In this document: piece by piece, positions 27,829 to 37,299 of the stretch
Position numbering within the stretch: the stretch's first letter is position 1
Layout: each line of letters begins with the position of its first letter
Origin: Rhodocyclaceae bacterium
GTDB taxonomy: Bacteria > Pseudomonadota > Gammaproteobacteria > Burkholderiales > CAIKXV01
Reading direction: 5' to 3'
Length of the DNA: 64,000 nt
Assembly: GCA_020248265.1 (NCBI GenBank)
Contig: JADCHX010000004.1
Location: 103,473-167,472, forward strand
Program-made: the position numbers and the translations under genes
Notes under the pieces: model-generated
The model's input: the letters and a program-made list of their open reading frames with translations, nothing else
Told to the model about the DNA's origin: nothing
Databases searched by the model: none

Positions 27829-29277
27829 ATGGCATCGCTGTCCCGGCAGTCGCAGCATCCCTGGCAATCGACCGTCATCGAGCTGTCCGCGCTGATGGCG
27901 CGCAAGGCGCTTTCACCGGTCGAACTGCTCGAGATGTACCTCGCCCGGATCGAGCGTATCAACCCGGTGCTCAACGCGATCGTCGCCCTCGATATCGACG
28001 GCGCGCGCGCCGCCGCGCAGGCCTCCGAGCACCGGATGATGTCCGGCACCCGCCTGGGCGTGCTCGACGGCATTCCCGCGACCATCAAGGACAATCTGTT
28101 CGCGAAAGGCCTGCCGGCGACATGGGGCAGCCGGCTGTTCGACGGATTCATGCCGGCGGACGACGATCGCGTCGTCGCAAACCTGCGCGCGGCGGGCGGG
28201 GTGATCGTCGGCAAGACCAATACGCCGGAACTCGCGCTGGCCGCGCATACCGATAACCTGCTGTTCGGCAAGACACGCAATCCGTGGGATACGGCGCTCA
28301 CGCCCGGCGGCTCCAGCGGTGGCGCGGTCGCGGCGATCGCCGCCGGGCTGGCGCCGATCGCCATCGGCACCGATGCCGGCGGCTCGATCCGGCGCCCGGC
28401 GGGCTACACGGGCATCGTGGGGCTGCGCCCGTCGACCGGACGCATCCCGCGCCGGCATGGCTTCCCGGCGCTCGCCAACGATTTCCAGGTGATCGGCCCG
28501 GCGGCGCGCACGGTTGCGGAGCTGTACGAGGTGTTCCGCACCGTTGCGTGCCCCGAGGCTGCCGATCGTGCGTCGCTCGCCTTCGGTGACCGGCCGTTGC
28601 CGCAGTCACTGGAGTCCCGGTCGCTGCGCCGGCTGCGCATCCGGTACGTATCCGGCATCGGCAGTGAGCCGGTCGACCCGCAGGTGCGCGCGGCGATCGC
28701 CCAGGCCGCGCAGCAGGTCGCCGCGCTCGGCCACGAGGTGGTCGAAGGGCCGGTGCCGTTCGACATCGACCAGGTCGATGCGATCCGTGGCGTGCTCAGC
28801 GGCGCAGCCGTCGCGCGCGTGGTCGAGAAGCACGCCGACTGGCGCGAGAAGGTCGGCGAGGCGATCCTCGACTGGGGGACGAAGGGCCTGCGCCTGACCG
28901 CGACCGACTATGTGAACGCGCTCGATTCGCTGCAGGCGCTGCGCGTCCGCGCGACCGCCGAGTTCGAGACGTTCGACATCCTGCTGACTGCGACCTCCAC
29001 TGCAATGCCATGGCCGGTCGAGTATCCGTTGCCGAAGGAGATCGACGGACGCCCCGCAGCCGCGCGCGGCTCTGGGCTCTTCTCGGGTTACGTGAACGCC
29101 GCGGGCCTGCCGGCGATCAGCGTCCCGGTCGATCCTTCCCCGGCGGGCCTGCCGATCGGCATGCAGCTGGTCGGGGCGTTCGGCGAAGACCTGACCGTGC
29201 TGCAGCTGGCACGGCAGTTCGAGGAAGCGCATCCGTGGGCTGCGCGCTGGCCTGCGCTTGCCACCGCCGACGCGTGA
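27829..29277 (+). CDS. amidase (amidase-signature family)
   Basis: ATG 27829 (or 27790). AS signature GGSSGGAVAAIAAGLAPIAIGTDAGGSIRRPA. Confidence 0.8.
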   Translation: MASLSRQSQHPWQSTVIELSALMARKALSPVELLEMYLARIERINPVLNAIVALDIDGARAAAQASEHRMMSGTRLGVLDGIPATIKDNLFAKGLPATWGSRLFDGFMPADDDRVVANLRAAGGVIVGKTNTPELALAAHTDNLLFGKTRNPWDTALTPGGSSGGAVAAIAAGLAPIAIGTDAGGSIRRPAGYTGIVGLRPSTGRIPRRHGFPALANDFQVIGPAARTVAELYEVFRTVACPEAADRASLAFGDRPLPQSLESRSLRRLRIRYVSGIGSEPVDPQVRAAIAQAAQQVAALGHEVVEGPVPFDIDQVDAIRGVLSGAAVARVVEKHADWREKVGEAILDWGTKGLRLTATDYVNALDSLQALRVRATAEFETFDILLTATSTAMPWPVEYPLPKEIDGRPAAARGSGLFSGYVNAAGLPAISVPVDPSPAGLPIGMQLVGAFGEDLTVLQLARQFEEAHPWAARWPALATADA

Positions 29278-29349
29278 CGCCTTGAGCCACCTTCGATCCG
29301 GCCGGTACGGTTCATGCATGGCTGGATGTACCGACACCGGAGCCTTCGA

Positions 29350-30321
29350 ATGAAACTGCCTGCCCGCGCCTTCCTGTTTTCGACAGCTGCATTCGCCGCG
29401 ATCCTCAGCGCTGGCGCCTGCGCCCAGGATTACCCGCAGCGCAGCGTGCGGCTGGTGATCCCGTTCCCGCCGGGCGGCGCGACCGACGGCCTTGCCCGCG
29501 TCGTTGGCCAGGGACTTACCGCGAACTGGGGGCATCAGATCGTGGTCGACAACCGACCAGGGGCCGGTGGCAACATCGGCGCGATGATCGTGGCGAAGGC
29601 ACCGCCGGATGGCTACACGCTGTTCATGGTCGGCCTGAGCCACGCCGCCAACCTCAGCCTGTACCGGAAGCTCGACTACCACCCGCTGCGCGACTTCACG
29701 CCGATCACGCAGGTGGTGTCGATCGACACCTTCCTCGCGGTGCATCCGTCCCTGCCTGTGAAGTCGGTGAAGGAGCTGCTCGCGCTGGCCCGCGCGAAGC
29801 CGGGCAGCCTCAACTACGCCTCCGGCGGCAACGGCAGTTCGCCGCACATGGCGATGGAACTGTTCAAGAGCCTGGCGAAGGTCGATATCGTGCACGTGCC
29901 CTACAAGGGTACCGAGTCGGTGATCGGCCTGATGCGCGGCGAAGCCGGCATGATCTTCGAGAACCTGATTTCGATCGGCGCGCAGATCAAGAGCGGCAAG
30001 CTGCGCGCGCTGGCGATCGGCAGCCCCCGGCGGTCGGCCGCGATGCCCGACATCCCGACGGTGTCCGAAGCTGGCGTGCCGGGCTACGCCGTCTCGCTCT
30101 GGTTCGGGATGCTCGGGCCGGCCGGGCTGCCGAAGCCGATCGTCGACAAGGCCTGGCGCGACACGGCCGCCCTGCTGAAGAACGCCGATGTGCGCGAACG
30201 GTTCGCGAGTCTGGGTGCCGACCCGATCGGCAGCACGCCTGACGAGTTCACCGCCTTCATCAAGACCGAGATCGCCAAGTGGGAGAAGGTCATCCGCGGC
30301 GCGAACATCCAGGTCGATTGA
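29350..30321 (+). CDS. Bug/TctC-family periplasmic solute receptor
   Basis: ATG 29350 with GGAG upstream. DYPQRSVRLVIPFPPGGATD and VPYKGTESVIGLMRGEA. Confidence 0.85.
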   Translation: MKLPARAFLFSTAAFAAILSAGACAQDYPQRSVRLVIPFPPGGATDGLARVVGQGLTANWGHQIVVDNRPGAGGNIGAMIVAKAPPDGYTLFMVGLSHAANLSLYRKLDYHPLRDFTPITQVVSIDTFLAVHPSLPVKSVKELLALARAKPGSLNYASGGNGSSPHMAMELFKSLAKVDIVHVPYKGTESVIGLMRGEAGMIFENLISIGAQIKSGKLRALAIGSPRRSAAMPDIPTVSEAGVPGYAVSLWFGMLGPAGLPKPIVDKAWRDTAALLKNADVRERFASLGADPIGSTPDEFTAFIKTEIAKWEKVIRGANIQVD

Positions 30322-30483
30322 GCCGGGGCGGCCCGCGTGACCTGTCGCGGGGCCGACGTTCGCGGCGCGCCTTCGCCGCATCGCTGTCGGACGGGCGTCG
30401 TGTTCTGGCGTTGATGCACCGAGCTGCTGACGGTCAGACACGCAGAATCACACGGTTTCTCGCGTGCCGGCGTAGTAGCATCC

Positions 30484-30516
30484 GGGGTTTGCCCTGCAGC
30501 CTGCAGGCAAAACCCC
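30484..30516. other. strong imperfect hairpin (13-14 bp stem) in the 253-nt gap upstream of cytochrome b561
   Basis: GGGGTTTGCCCTGCAGCCTGCAGGCAAAACCCC. The arms pair with bulges. No T-run on either strand. Confidence 0.3.
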
Positions 30517-30574
30517 GAAGGCGCGGCCCTGTTGTCGTCGCCAGAGCCCGCCCGGAGACCGCATCCTGCCTGCC

Positions 30575-31096
30575 TTGCGCTACCTGCCACCTGCACGATG
30601 GTTGCACTGGATCACCGCCGCCCTGATGCTGGTGATCATCGTCGCCGGGCTCTGGATCGTCTACTTCGAGCCGGCCGACGAGGCATTCAAGATGCGCCTC
30701 TACAACGTGCACGAGAGTCTGGGCGTGATTGTGTTCGTCCTCGCCCTGGCGCGCATCGTCTATCGTCGGCTGAATCCGCCGCCTCCGCTGGCAGACGATA
30801 CGCCGACATGGGTCCGCTTGTGCGCGCATTTGACCCATGGCGCGTTATACGCGCTGCTGCTCCTGATGCCGGTGATCGGATTCCTCGCGACCAACGCCTG
30901 GGGTTTCCCGCTGTCGGTGTTCGGCGTGCTGCCGCTGCCATCTCCGATTGGCAAGAATGAGTCGTTGGCGCAATGGCTTTCGCTGTTCCACTGGTGCGGG
31001 GCGATCACGATCATCCTTCTGATCGGAGGCCATCTGGCCGGCGTGGTCTACCACACGTTCGTCCGTCGCGACGGCCTCCTGAAACGAATGACCTAG
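30575..31096 (+). CDS. cytochrome b561 (CybB-like) membrane protein
   Basis: 173 aa, TTG start in track. RWLHWITAALML, four hydrophobic helices with conserved-position His (HESLG, HGALYALLLLMPV, GGHLAGVVYH). Confidence 0.7.
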   Translation: MRYLPPARWLHWITAALMLVIIVAGLWIVYFEPADEAFKMRLYNVHESLGVIVFVLALARIVYRRLNPPPPLADDTPTWVRLCAHLTHGALYALLLLMPVIGFLATNAWGFPLSVFGVLPLPSPIGKNESLAQWLSLFHWCGAITIILLIGGHLAGVVYHTFVRRDGLLKRMT

Positions 31097-31108
31097 CAGG
31101 CGATACAG

Positions 31109-32908
31109 ATGTCTAACGACACACCTGCCGCGGACCGTCTGGCCGTGGCCTCCGGAAATATCCGTCCCTCGATGACGTGGCGTCGCGTCGGCTTCGCCGC
31201 GCTGGTGCTTTCGACCTCGGGCGCGCTTCTGTGGCTGATGGCGCTCACGCTGTTCGTCGACGATGTCGATCCGATCGGGCTGCTGATGCTGGCGCTGTTC
31301 GCCCTGACGCTGCCCTGGACCGCCATCGGGTTCTGGAACGCCGTTATCGGCTTCGCGGTGATGACTTTCAGCCGCGATCCGGCACAGGCAGTTGCACCCG
31401 ACCTGTGCAACGTGGCTGACGATGCGCCTATCGATAGCTCCACCGCGCTGCTGATCTGCGTGCGCAACGAGGATACGCGGCGGTTGCAGCGCAACCTCGA
31501 GTGGATGCTGCAGGGGCTGGTCTCCACCGGCCATGCGTCCGCCTTCCATCTCTACATGCTGAGCGACAGCGACGACGCAGCGATTGCCGCTGCCGAAGCG
31601 CAGACGGCTGCGGCCCTGTCCGCGCGTTTCGACGGTCTCGTGCAGGTGACCTACCGGCAGCGTAGCGTCTGCACCGGCTACAAGGCGGGCAACATCCGCG
31701 ACTTCTGCGAGCGCTGGGGCGACCGCCACCCGTTCGCGATCGTGCTCGATGCCGACAGCGTGATGACTGCGGAGTCGATGCTGCGGCTGGTGCGCATCAT
31801 GCAGGCGCGGCCGCACCTCGGCATCGTGCAGACACTGGTGACCGGCCTGCCGAGCGCGAGCCCGTTCGCGCGGGTGTTCCAGTTCGGCATGCGCCTGGGC
31901 ATGCGGTCGTACACGCTCGGCTCCGCATTCTGGCAGGGCGATTGCGGTCCGTACTGGGGCCACAACGCGATCCTGCGTGTAGCGCCGTTCACCGCGCATT
32001 GCCACCTGCCGGTGCTGCCCGGCGGCCCGCCGCTCGGCGGGCATGTGCTGAGCCACGACCAGGTCGAGGCAGTGCTGATGCGCCGTGCCGGCTACGAAGT
32101 ACGGGTACTGCCGGTCGAGGACGGCAGCTGGGAAGAGAATCCGCCGGCGCTGCCCGAGTTCATCCGCCGCGACCTGCGCTGGTGCCAGGGCAACATGCAG
32201 TACCTGAAGCTGCTCGGCCTGCGCGACCTGTTGCCGGTCAGCCGCATCCAGCTGGTGCTGGCGATCGCGATGTACTTCGGCTCGCTCGCCTGGCTGCTGC
32301 TCATGTTCGCGGGGCTGGTGCGGCAGCTGCCGCTGCGCCCCGATACCGGCCTGATGCTGTTCGTGGCCATACTCACCATGACTTTCGCGCCGAAGCTGGC
32401 GACGCTGTTCAACGTGCTGGCGCGTGCGCGCCTGCGTGCTGCCTTCGGCGGAACGCTGCGCATCCTGGCCAGTGCCTTCATCGAACTGCTGCTGACCACG
32501 CTGCTGGCACCTGTCTCGGCAGTCGCCATCAGCATCTTCCTGCTCGGACTGCCGTTCGGTCGCCGCGTCGGCTGGACCTCCCAGCAGCGCGACGCCGCGC
32601 AGGTGCCGCTGTCGGTCGCGGTTCGCTGTCTCTGGCCGCAGGCGCTGACCGGGCTGGTCCTGGCTGGCGCGACGCTGTGGATCGCGCCCGGGGCGTTCTG
32701 GTTCGGCCTGCCGATCTACCTCGGCCTGCTGCTGGCGATACCGCTCGCGATGGCCACGGCCTCGCCTGCCCTCGGTCGGACGATGGCGCGCGCCGGTCTT
32801 TGCCGCACGCCCGACGAGACATGGCCGGCTGCGGTGGTGGCGACCGACGCTGCCGCCGCCGAACTGTTCGCACCCGGCCTCGAGCCTTCGATGGCGGCGA
32901 ACGGCTGA
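31109..32908 (+). CDS. opgH: glucans biosynthesis glucosyltransferase H (OpgH/MdoH family, GT2), short form
   Basis: 599 aa. Colinear with the E. coli MdoH core as I recall it: YRQR..TGYKAGNIRDFCERWG, IVLDADSVM, YWGHNAILRV, LSHDQVEAVLMRRAGYEV, RDLRWCQGNMQ. Confidence 0.85.
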   Translation: MSNDTPAADRLAVASGNIRPSMTWRRVGFAALVLSTSGALLWLMALTLFVDDVDPIGLLMLALFALTLPWTAIGFWNAVIGFAVMTFSRDPAQAVAPDLCNVADDAPIDSSTALLICVRNEDTRRLQRNLEWMLQGLVSTGHASAFHLYMLSDSDDAAIAAAEAQTAAALSARFDGLVQVTYRQRSVCTGYKAGNIRDFCERWGDRHPFAIVLDADSVMTAESMLRLVRIMQARPHLGIVQTLVTGLPSASPFARVFQFGMRLGMRSYTLGSAFWQGDCGPYWGHNAILRVAPFTAHCHLPVLPGGPPLGGHVLSHDQVEAVLMRRAGYEVRVLPVEDGSWEENPPALPEFIRRDLRWCQGNMQYLKLLGLRDLLPVSRIQLVLAIAMYFGSLAWLLLMFAGLVRQLPLRPDTGLMLFVAILTMTFAPKLATLFNVLARARLRAAFGGTLRILASAFIELLLTTLLAPVSAVAISIFLLGLPFGRRVGWTSQQRDAAQVPLSVAVRCLWPQALTGLVLAGATLWIAPGAFWFGLPIYLGLLLAIPLAMATASPALGRTMARAGLCRTPDETWPAAVVATDAAAAELFAPGLEPSMAANG

Positions 32909-33894
32909 TGCGCAAGATCCTTGTCTGCTTGCTGTCGGCTACTGCGCTGGCGGGAACGGTCGGCTGTACGGTCATCGACCCGGCGCGCCGGGCAACCATG
33001 CCGGTGCAGGCCGAATTCATCAACGCGAGCCAGCCGACGCTGTGCGCCGAAGAAGACAACGTCTATGTGAAGGTCGTGGGCACCGGCATCTCCGCGTTCC
33101 GGATCGTGGCCGAACATCCGCCGTACATTGCCTCGGTGGTGAAGGACAGCACAGACCCCGACTTCACGAACTGCGACATGTCGAACGACCCGGTGTACAA
33201 GTTCGAACCGCGGACCGTGATCCTGTACGAGGACGCCCGCACGCGGTTGGTGGGGCACGCATTCCCGACGTTCTGGCGGCCGGAGTCGGTCGACTTCCGC
33301 GTGGGTGACCGCGTGGAGCGCGGCCTGCATCTCGTGCAACTGGTGCGGCTGGCGGTTCCCGGCCCTGAGCCCAAACCGCGCGATGTCGAGATACTCGTGC
33401 TCTATCCGTCGGACGGCTACTGGCGTCCGAAGCCGCTGCCGCCATCGACGCTGCCCGACAGTGCCTATGGCAGTTCCTTTCTGTTCGGCCCGGTAGAGCA
33501 TGACGGTCGTCCGTATGTCGCGCTGCGCGAAGTCACCTTTGACCCGGTGCGCGAGAACTTCGACCTGGTGTTCCGCGATGGTTCGCGCGGGCGTCTGGGC
33601 GTCTCCGAGGTGTCGCGCAAGCAGCTCGTGCTGTCGCTGTCGCTCGACCGGCCGCTGGCGCCCGACCGCCCGTTCGCGGCGCTGCGGTCGATGTTCGTCA
33701 CGACTGACCAGGCGGATGTGTCGCTGGTCGCCTGGAACGCCGGGGCTGCCGGCACGCAGTCGACCGCACCAGTTCTTTCCTTCGGGGGCATTCGCGCGCC
33801 AGCTGCGCGCTTCGGTCGCAGCGAGCCCTCGCATCACAACCTCAGCGCTCCGGATATCGTGTTCGACGGCTTCACCGCCTTCGCGCCCCGCTGA
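32908..33894 (+). CDS. putative lipoprotein of unknown function, translationally coupled to opgH
   Basis: ATG 32908 shares one nt with the opgH TGA (32906-08). MRKILVCLLSATALAGTVGC is lipobox-like. 328 aa, no recognisable domain. Confidence 0.65.
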   Translation: MRKILVCLLSATALAGTVGCTVIDPARRATMPVQAEFINASQPTLCAEEDNVYVKVVGTGISAFRIVAEHPPYIASVVKDSTDPDFTNCDMSNDPVYKFEPRTVILYEDARTRLVGHAFPTFWRPESVDFRVGDRVERGLHLVQLVRLAVPGPEPKPRDVEILVLYPSDGYWRPKPLPPSTLPDSAYGSSFLFGPVEHDGRPYVALREVTFDPVRENFDLVFRDGSRGRLGVSEVSRKQLVLSLSLDRPLAPDRPFAALRSMFVTTDQADVSLVAWNAGAAGTQSTAPVLSFGGIRAPAARFGRSEPSHHNLSAPDIVFDGFTAFAPR

Positions 33895-33927
33895 TATTCC
33901 GCCCGCATCGAAACCGAACACCGACCC

Positions 33928-34758
33928 ATGCCGCCCGAACTCGACGTGACTGCCCATCCTTCCGCCGAACCGGCGCCGGCTGGCGGCGTGCAATGGCAGG
34001 CGCTGCTCGATGGCGATACCGTGGCGCTCGCGCAGTGGCCGCACGACCCGCTGGTATCTCTGTACGGACCGCTGTGTGCGGGACGACGGGACCGGCCGCT
34101 GGTGGTCGGCCATCTCGCGCAGAGCCTGGACGGCCGGATCGCGACCGCCAGCGGCATGTCGCGCTGGCTCAGCGGTGACGAAGACCTGCTGCACACGCAT
34201 CGCATGCGCGCGATTTCGGATGCCGTCCTGGTGGGCGTGAACACCGTCCTGCATGACGATCCGCAGCTGACCGTACGCCGTTGCCTCGGCCGCCACCCCG
34301 TGCGGGTGGTGATCGATCCCGAACGTCGACTCGATGGCACACAGCGCGTGTTCGTCGACGATGCCGCGCCGACGCTGCTGCTGGTGGCCGCAGGTCGCGG
34401 GCAGGAGGGCGAACGCGTCGGCCGCGCGCAGGTCGTACCGGTCGAACGCGGCGCGCGTGGCCTGGATCCGCGCGAGATCTGTCGTGTCCTGGCTCGGCGC
34501 GGGCTGCATCGGCTGCTGGTCGAAGGCGGCGGCATCACCGTGTCACGATTCCTCGAGGCGGGCGCGCTGCACCGGCTGCAGGTCACGGTGGCACCGGTGA
34601 TCCTGGGCTCGGGCCGCCCCGCCATCACGTTGCCCGAGATCCGCGATCTGGGGCTGAGCCTGCGTCCGCGCACCCGGCGCGTGATGCTGGGCGATGACGT
34701 GATGATCGAATGCGATCTCGAATCGCTCGTTGATGCCGGGCCGGGTGCCCATGCTTGA
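33928..34758 (+). CDS. RibD C-terminal-domain-type reductase (pyrimidine/pterin reductase-like)
   Basis: 276 aa. [50 protein letters not shown] and VAPVILGSG. Confidence 0.7.
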   Translation: MPPELDVTAHPSAEPAPAGGVQWQALLDGDTVALAQWPHDPLVSLYGPLCAGRRDRPLVVGHLAQSLDGRIATASGMSRWLSGDEDLLHTHRMRAISDAVLVGVNTVLHDDPQLTVRRCLGRHPVRVVIDPERRLDGTQRVFVDDAAPTLLLVAAGRGQEGERVGRAQVVPVERGARGLDPREICRVLARRGLHRLLVEGGGITVSRFLEAGALHRLQVTVAPVILGSGRPAITLPEIRDLGLSLRPRTRRVMLGDDVMIECDLESLVDAGPGAHA

Positions 34759-35767
34759 GGGCATCGCGAACGGCGGCAGCGGGGCCGATGTTCCTGCCGC
34801 CACCGCGCGTGCATTCTGGGTCACCGGTCCTTCTCGGGGCGAACTGCGCGATGCGCCGCTGCCGCCGGTCGGAGCGGGCGAAGTACGCGTACGCAGCCTG
34901 TACAGCGGCATCAGCCGCGGCACCGAAGCGCTGGTGTTCCGGGGTGCGGTGCCACCGAGCCAGTGGCAGGCGATGCGCTGCCCGTTCCAGCAGGGCGACT
35001 TTCCGGCGCCGGTGAAGTATGGCTACTGCTCGGTCGGTGTGGTCGAAGACGGCGTCGACGATCTGCTCGGGCAGCGCGTGTTCTGCCTGCATCCGCACCA
35101 GGACCGCTATGTCGTGCCTGCCGGATGGGTCACCCGGCTGCCCGCGTCGCTTCCGGCGCCGCGCGCGGTACTTGCCGCGAACATGGAGACCGCAGTCAAC
35201 GGCCTGTGGGACGCCGCTCCGCGCCTGGGCGACCGGCTCACCGTCGTGGGCGCGGGCGTGGTCGGCCTGCTGGTCGCGACGCTCGCCGCGCGCATCCCCG
35301 GTGTCGAGGTCGAACTGGTCGACCCGGACGTACGCCGTGCCGCCGTTGCCGGCAGGCTCGGACTGCGCCATGTGCTGCCGTCCGACGCAGCCGGCGAGCG
35401 CGACATCGTCGTGCATGCCAGTGGCCATCCGGACGGGCTCGCGACCGCCTTGTCGCTCGCCGGCTTCGAGGCCACGGTGCTCGAGATGAGCTGGTACGGC
35501 GATCGCAGCGTGCCCGTGCCGCTCGGGGAGTCCTTCCACAGCCGCCGGCTGATACTCCGCTCGTCGCAGGTCGGGGCGGTTGCCACCGCGCAGCGCGCGC
35601 GTTGGGATACCCGCCGGCGCATGGCGCTGGCGCTCGACCTGTTGGCCGACGACGCTTTCGATGCGCTGGTCGAGGCACAGGTCGGCTTCGACGATCTGCC
35701 CTACGCGATGGCGCGGCTCGCCCATTCACCCGATGGTGCGCTGTGCACCGTCGTGACCTATTCCTGA
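34751..35767 (+). CDS. MDR-superfamily (zinc-ADH-like) dehydrogenase
   Basis: ATG 34751 overlaps the upstream gene by 8 nt (alternative 34730). [16 protein letters not shown] and the Rossmann motif [12 protein letters not shown]. Confidence 0.7.
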   Translation: MLEGIANGGSGADVPAATARAFWVTGPSRGELRDAPLPPVGAGEVRVRSLYSGISRGTEALVFRGAVPPSQWQAMRCPFQQGDFPAPVKYGYCSVGVVEDGVDDLLGQRVFCLHPHQDRYVVPAGWVTRLPASLPAPRAVLAANMETAVNGLWDAAPRLGDRLTVVGAGVVGLLVATLAARIPGVEVELVDPDVRRAAVAGRLGLRHVLPSDAAGERDIVVHASGHPDGLATALSLAGFEATVLEMSWYGDRSVPVPLGESFHSRRLILRSSQVGAVATAQRARWDTRRRMALALDLLADDAFDALVEAQVGFDDLPYAMARLAHSPDGALCTVVTYS

Positions 35768-35782
35768 TCCTGGAGTACCCGC

Positions 35783-36187
35783 ATGTACAGCCTAGCCGTT
35801 TCCGACCACATCATGATCGCGCACAGTTTCAACGGCGAGATCTTCGGCCCGGCGCAGCAGCTGCACGGCGCCACCTACGGCGTCGAGATCGAGCTGCGTC
35901 GCGCAGAACTCGATGCGAACGGGCTGGTGTGCGACATCGGTCTTGCCTTGCAGGCGCTGCGCGACGTGCTCGCCGGGCTCAATTACAAGAATCTCGACAC
36001 GCTGCCCGAACTGGCCGGCCGCAACACCACCACCGAGTTCATGGCGGGCGAGATCTTTCGCCGCATGCAGGCACGGATCGCGGCCGGAGAGGTCGGACCC
36101 GGTACGGCGGGACAACTGGCATCCATGCGGGTGACGCTGCGCGAGTCGCCGGTCGCCTGGGCCAGCTACGAAGGCGTGTTGCGTTGA
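35783..36187 (+). CDS. 6-pyruvoyl-tetrahydropterin synthase/QueD-fold protein, non-canonical active site
   Basis: 134 aa with GGAG upstream. Aligns by eye to E. coli QueD (IAHSF / QQLHGATYGVEIEL / NGLVCDIGLAL) but has HGA instead of HGH and no Cys at the catalytic position. Confidence 0.7.
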   Translation: MYSLAVSDHIMIAHSFNGEIFGPAQQLHGATYGVEIELRRAELDANGLVCDIGLALQALRDVLAGLNYKNLDTLPELAGRNTTTEFMAGEIFRRMQARIAAGEVGPGTAGQLASMRVTLRESPVAWASYEGVLR

Positions 36188-36246
36188 CCGGATCGCCCGT
36201 GGTGCGGGCTGGATCGCCTTTGGCAGAGGTTGGATCGCCTTTGGCA

Positions 36247-37299
36247 ATGCTCGTACCCGGCGCACTGGACCAGTTTACCGGCGGCTATCTGTTCGACCGC
36301 CGGGTGGTTGACGGCCTGCGCGCATCGGGGCGCAGCGTGCGCGTGGTGGAACTGCCCGGCGCCTATCCCGATGCGGACGCGGCTGCGCGCGCGGCTGCAA
36401 CAGATGCACTGCATGCCTTGCCCGACGGAAGCCTCGCCGTGATCGACGGGCTCGCGCTGCCGGGCTTCGCAGATTGCCTGCAGGCCGAGGCGAAGCGCCT
36501 TCGTCTGCTCGGCTTCATCCATCATCCGCTGTCGCTCGAGACCGGCATTGCGCCAGCCATGGCCGAGCGCATGGCCGGCATCGAGCGCAGGCTGTGGCCG
36601 ATGCTGCGCGGGCTGCTGTGCCCGAGTGCGCACACGGCGCGCTGCCTCGCAAACGCGGGCGTCGACGCGGCGCGCATCGCGGTCACGCCGCCCGGCACCG
36701 AGCGCCCGCCGGAGGACGCCGTACACCAGCTGGCGGGTGCGGGTGATGGCGGCACGCTGAGGCTGCTGTCGATCGGCAGCGTCGTGCCGCGCAAGGGACA
36801 CCGGTTGCTGGTCGAAGCACTGGCCGGACTGAAGGCATTACCGTGGCGCCTGAACTGCATCGGCAGCACCGAGCGCGATCTCGCTGCGGTCGCCGGTGTG
36901 CGTGCTGCGATCGCCAGCCATGGACTGGATGGCCGCGTGGCACTTGCGGGCGAGGTGGGGCCGGATGCGTTGCGCGAAGCGTGGCACGATGCCGACGTAT
37001 TCGTCCTTCCATCGAGCCACGAGGGTTATGGCATGGCCTATGCAGAAGCGATGGCGCGCGGGCTTCCGGTAATCGGAACCACGGCAGGCGCGATCCCGGA
37101 TACGGTGCCGGAGACGGCGGGTCTGCTGGTCGAGGCCGGCGACGTCGATGCGTTGCGCATTGCGCTCGAACGGCTGATGGTCGATGCAGCCCTGCGGCAG
37201 CAGCTTGCCGCCGGCGCCCTGGAGGCAGCGGCTGCGCTGCCCGACTGGCCGACGGCGGTACGGCACTGGGCCGACGCAGCCGATCGGCTCGCGGCATGA
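36247..37299 (+). CDS. group-1 (GT4-like) glycosyltransferase
   Basis: C-terminal 350 codons of track ORF 34963..37299. PSSHEGYGMAYAEAMARGLPVIGT. Start is ATG 36247 or in-frame TTG 36184 (TTGA overlap with the PTPS stop). Confidence 0.75.
   Translation: MLVPGALDQFTGGYLFDRRVVDGLRASGRSVRVVELPGAYPDADAAARAAATDALHALPDGSLAVIDGLALPGFADCLQAEAKRLRLLGFIHHPLSLETGIAPAMAERMAGIERRLWPMLRGLLCPSAHTARCLANAGVDAARIAVTPPGTERPPEDAVHQLAGAGDGGTLRLLSIGSVVPRKGHRLLVEALAGLKALPWRLNCIGSTERDLAAVAGVRAAIASHGLDGRVALAGEVGPDALREAWHDADVFVLPSSHEGYGMAYAEAMARGLPVIGTTAGAIPDTVPETAGLLVEAGDVDALRIALERLMVDAALRQQLAAGALEAAAALPDWPTAVRHWADAADRLAA

Noticed and set aside
34963-37299. 778-aa ORF spanning the MDR, PTPS and GT genes.
   Set aside because: The first ~430 codons are an Arg-rich alternate frame of two well-supported genes. 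Only the C-terminal 350 codons, the GT4 domain, are credible.
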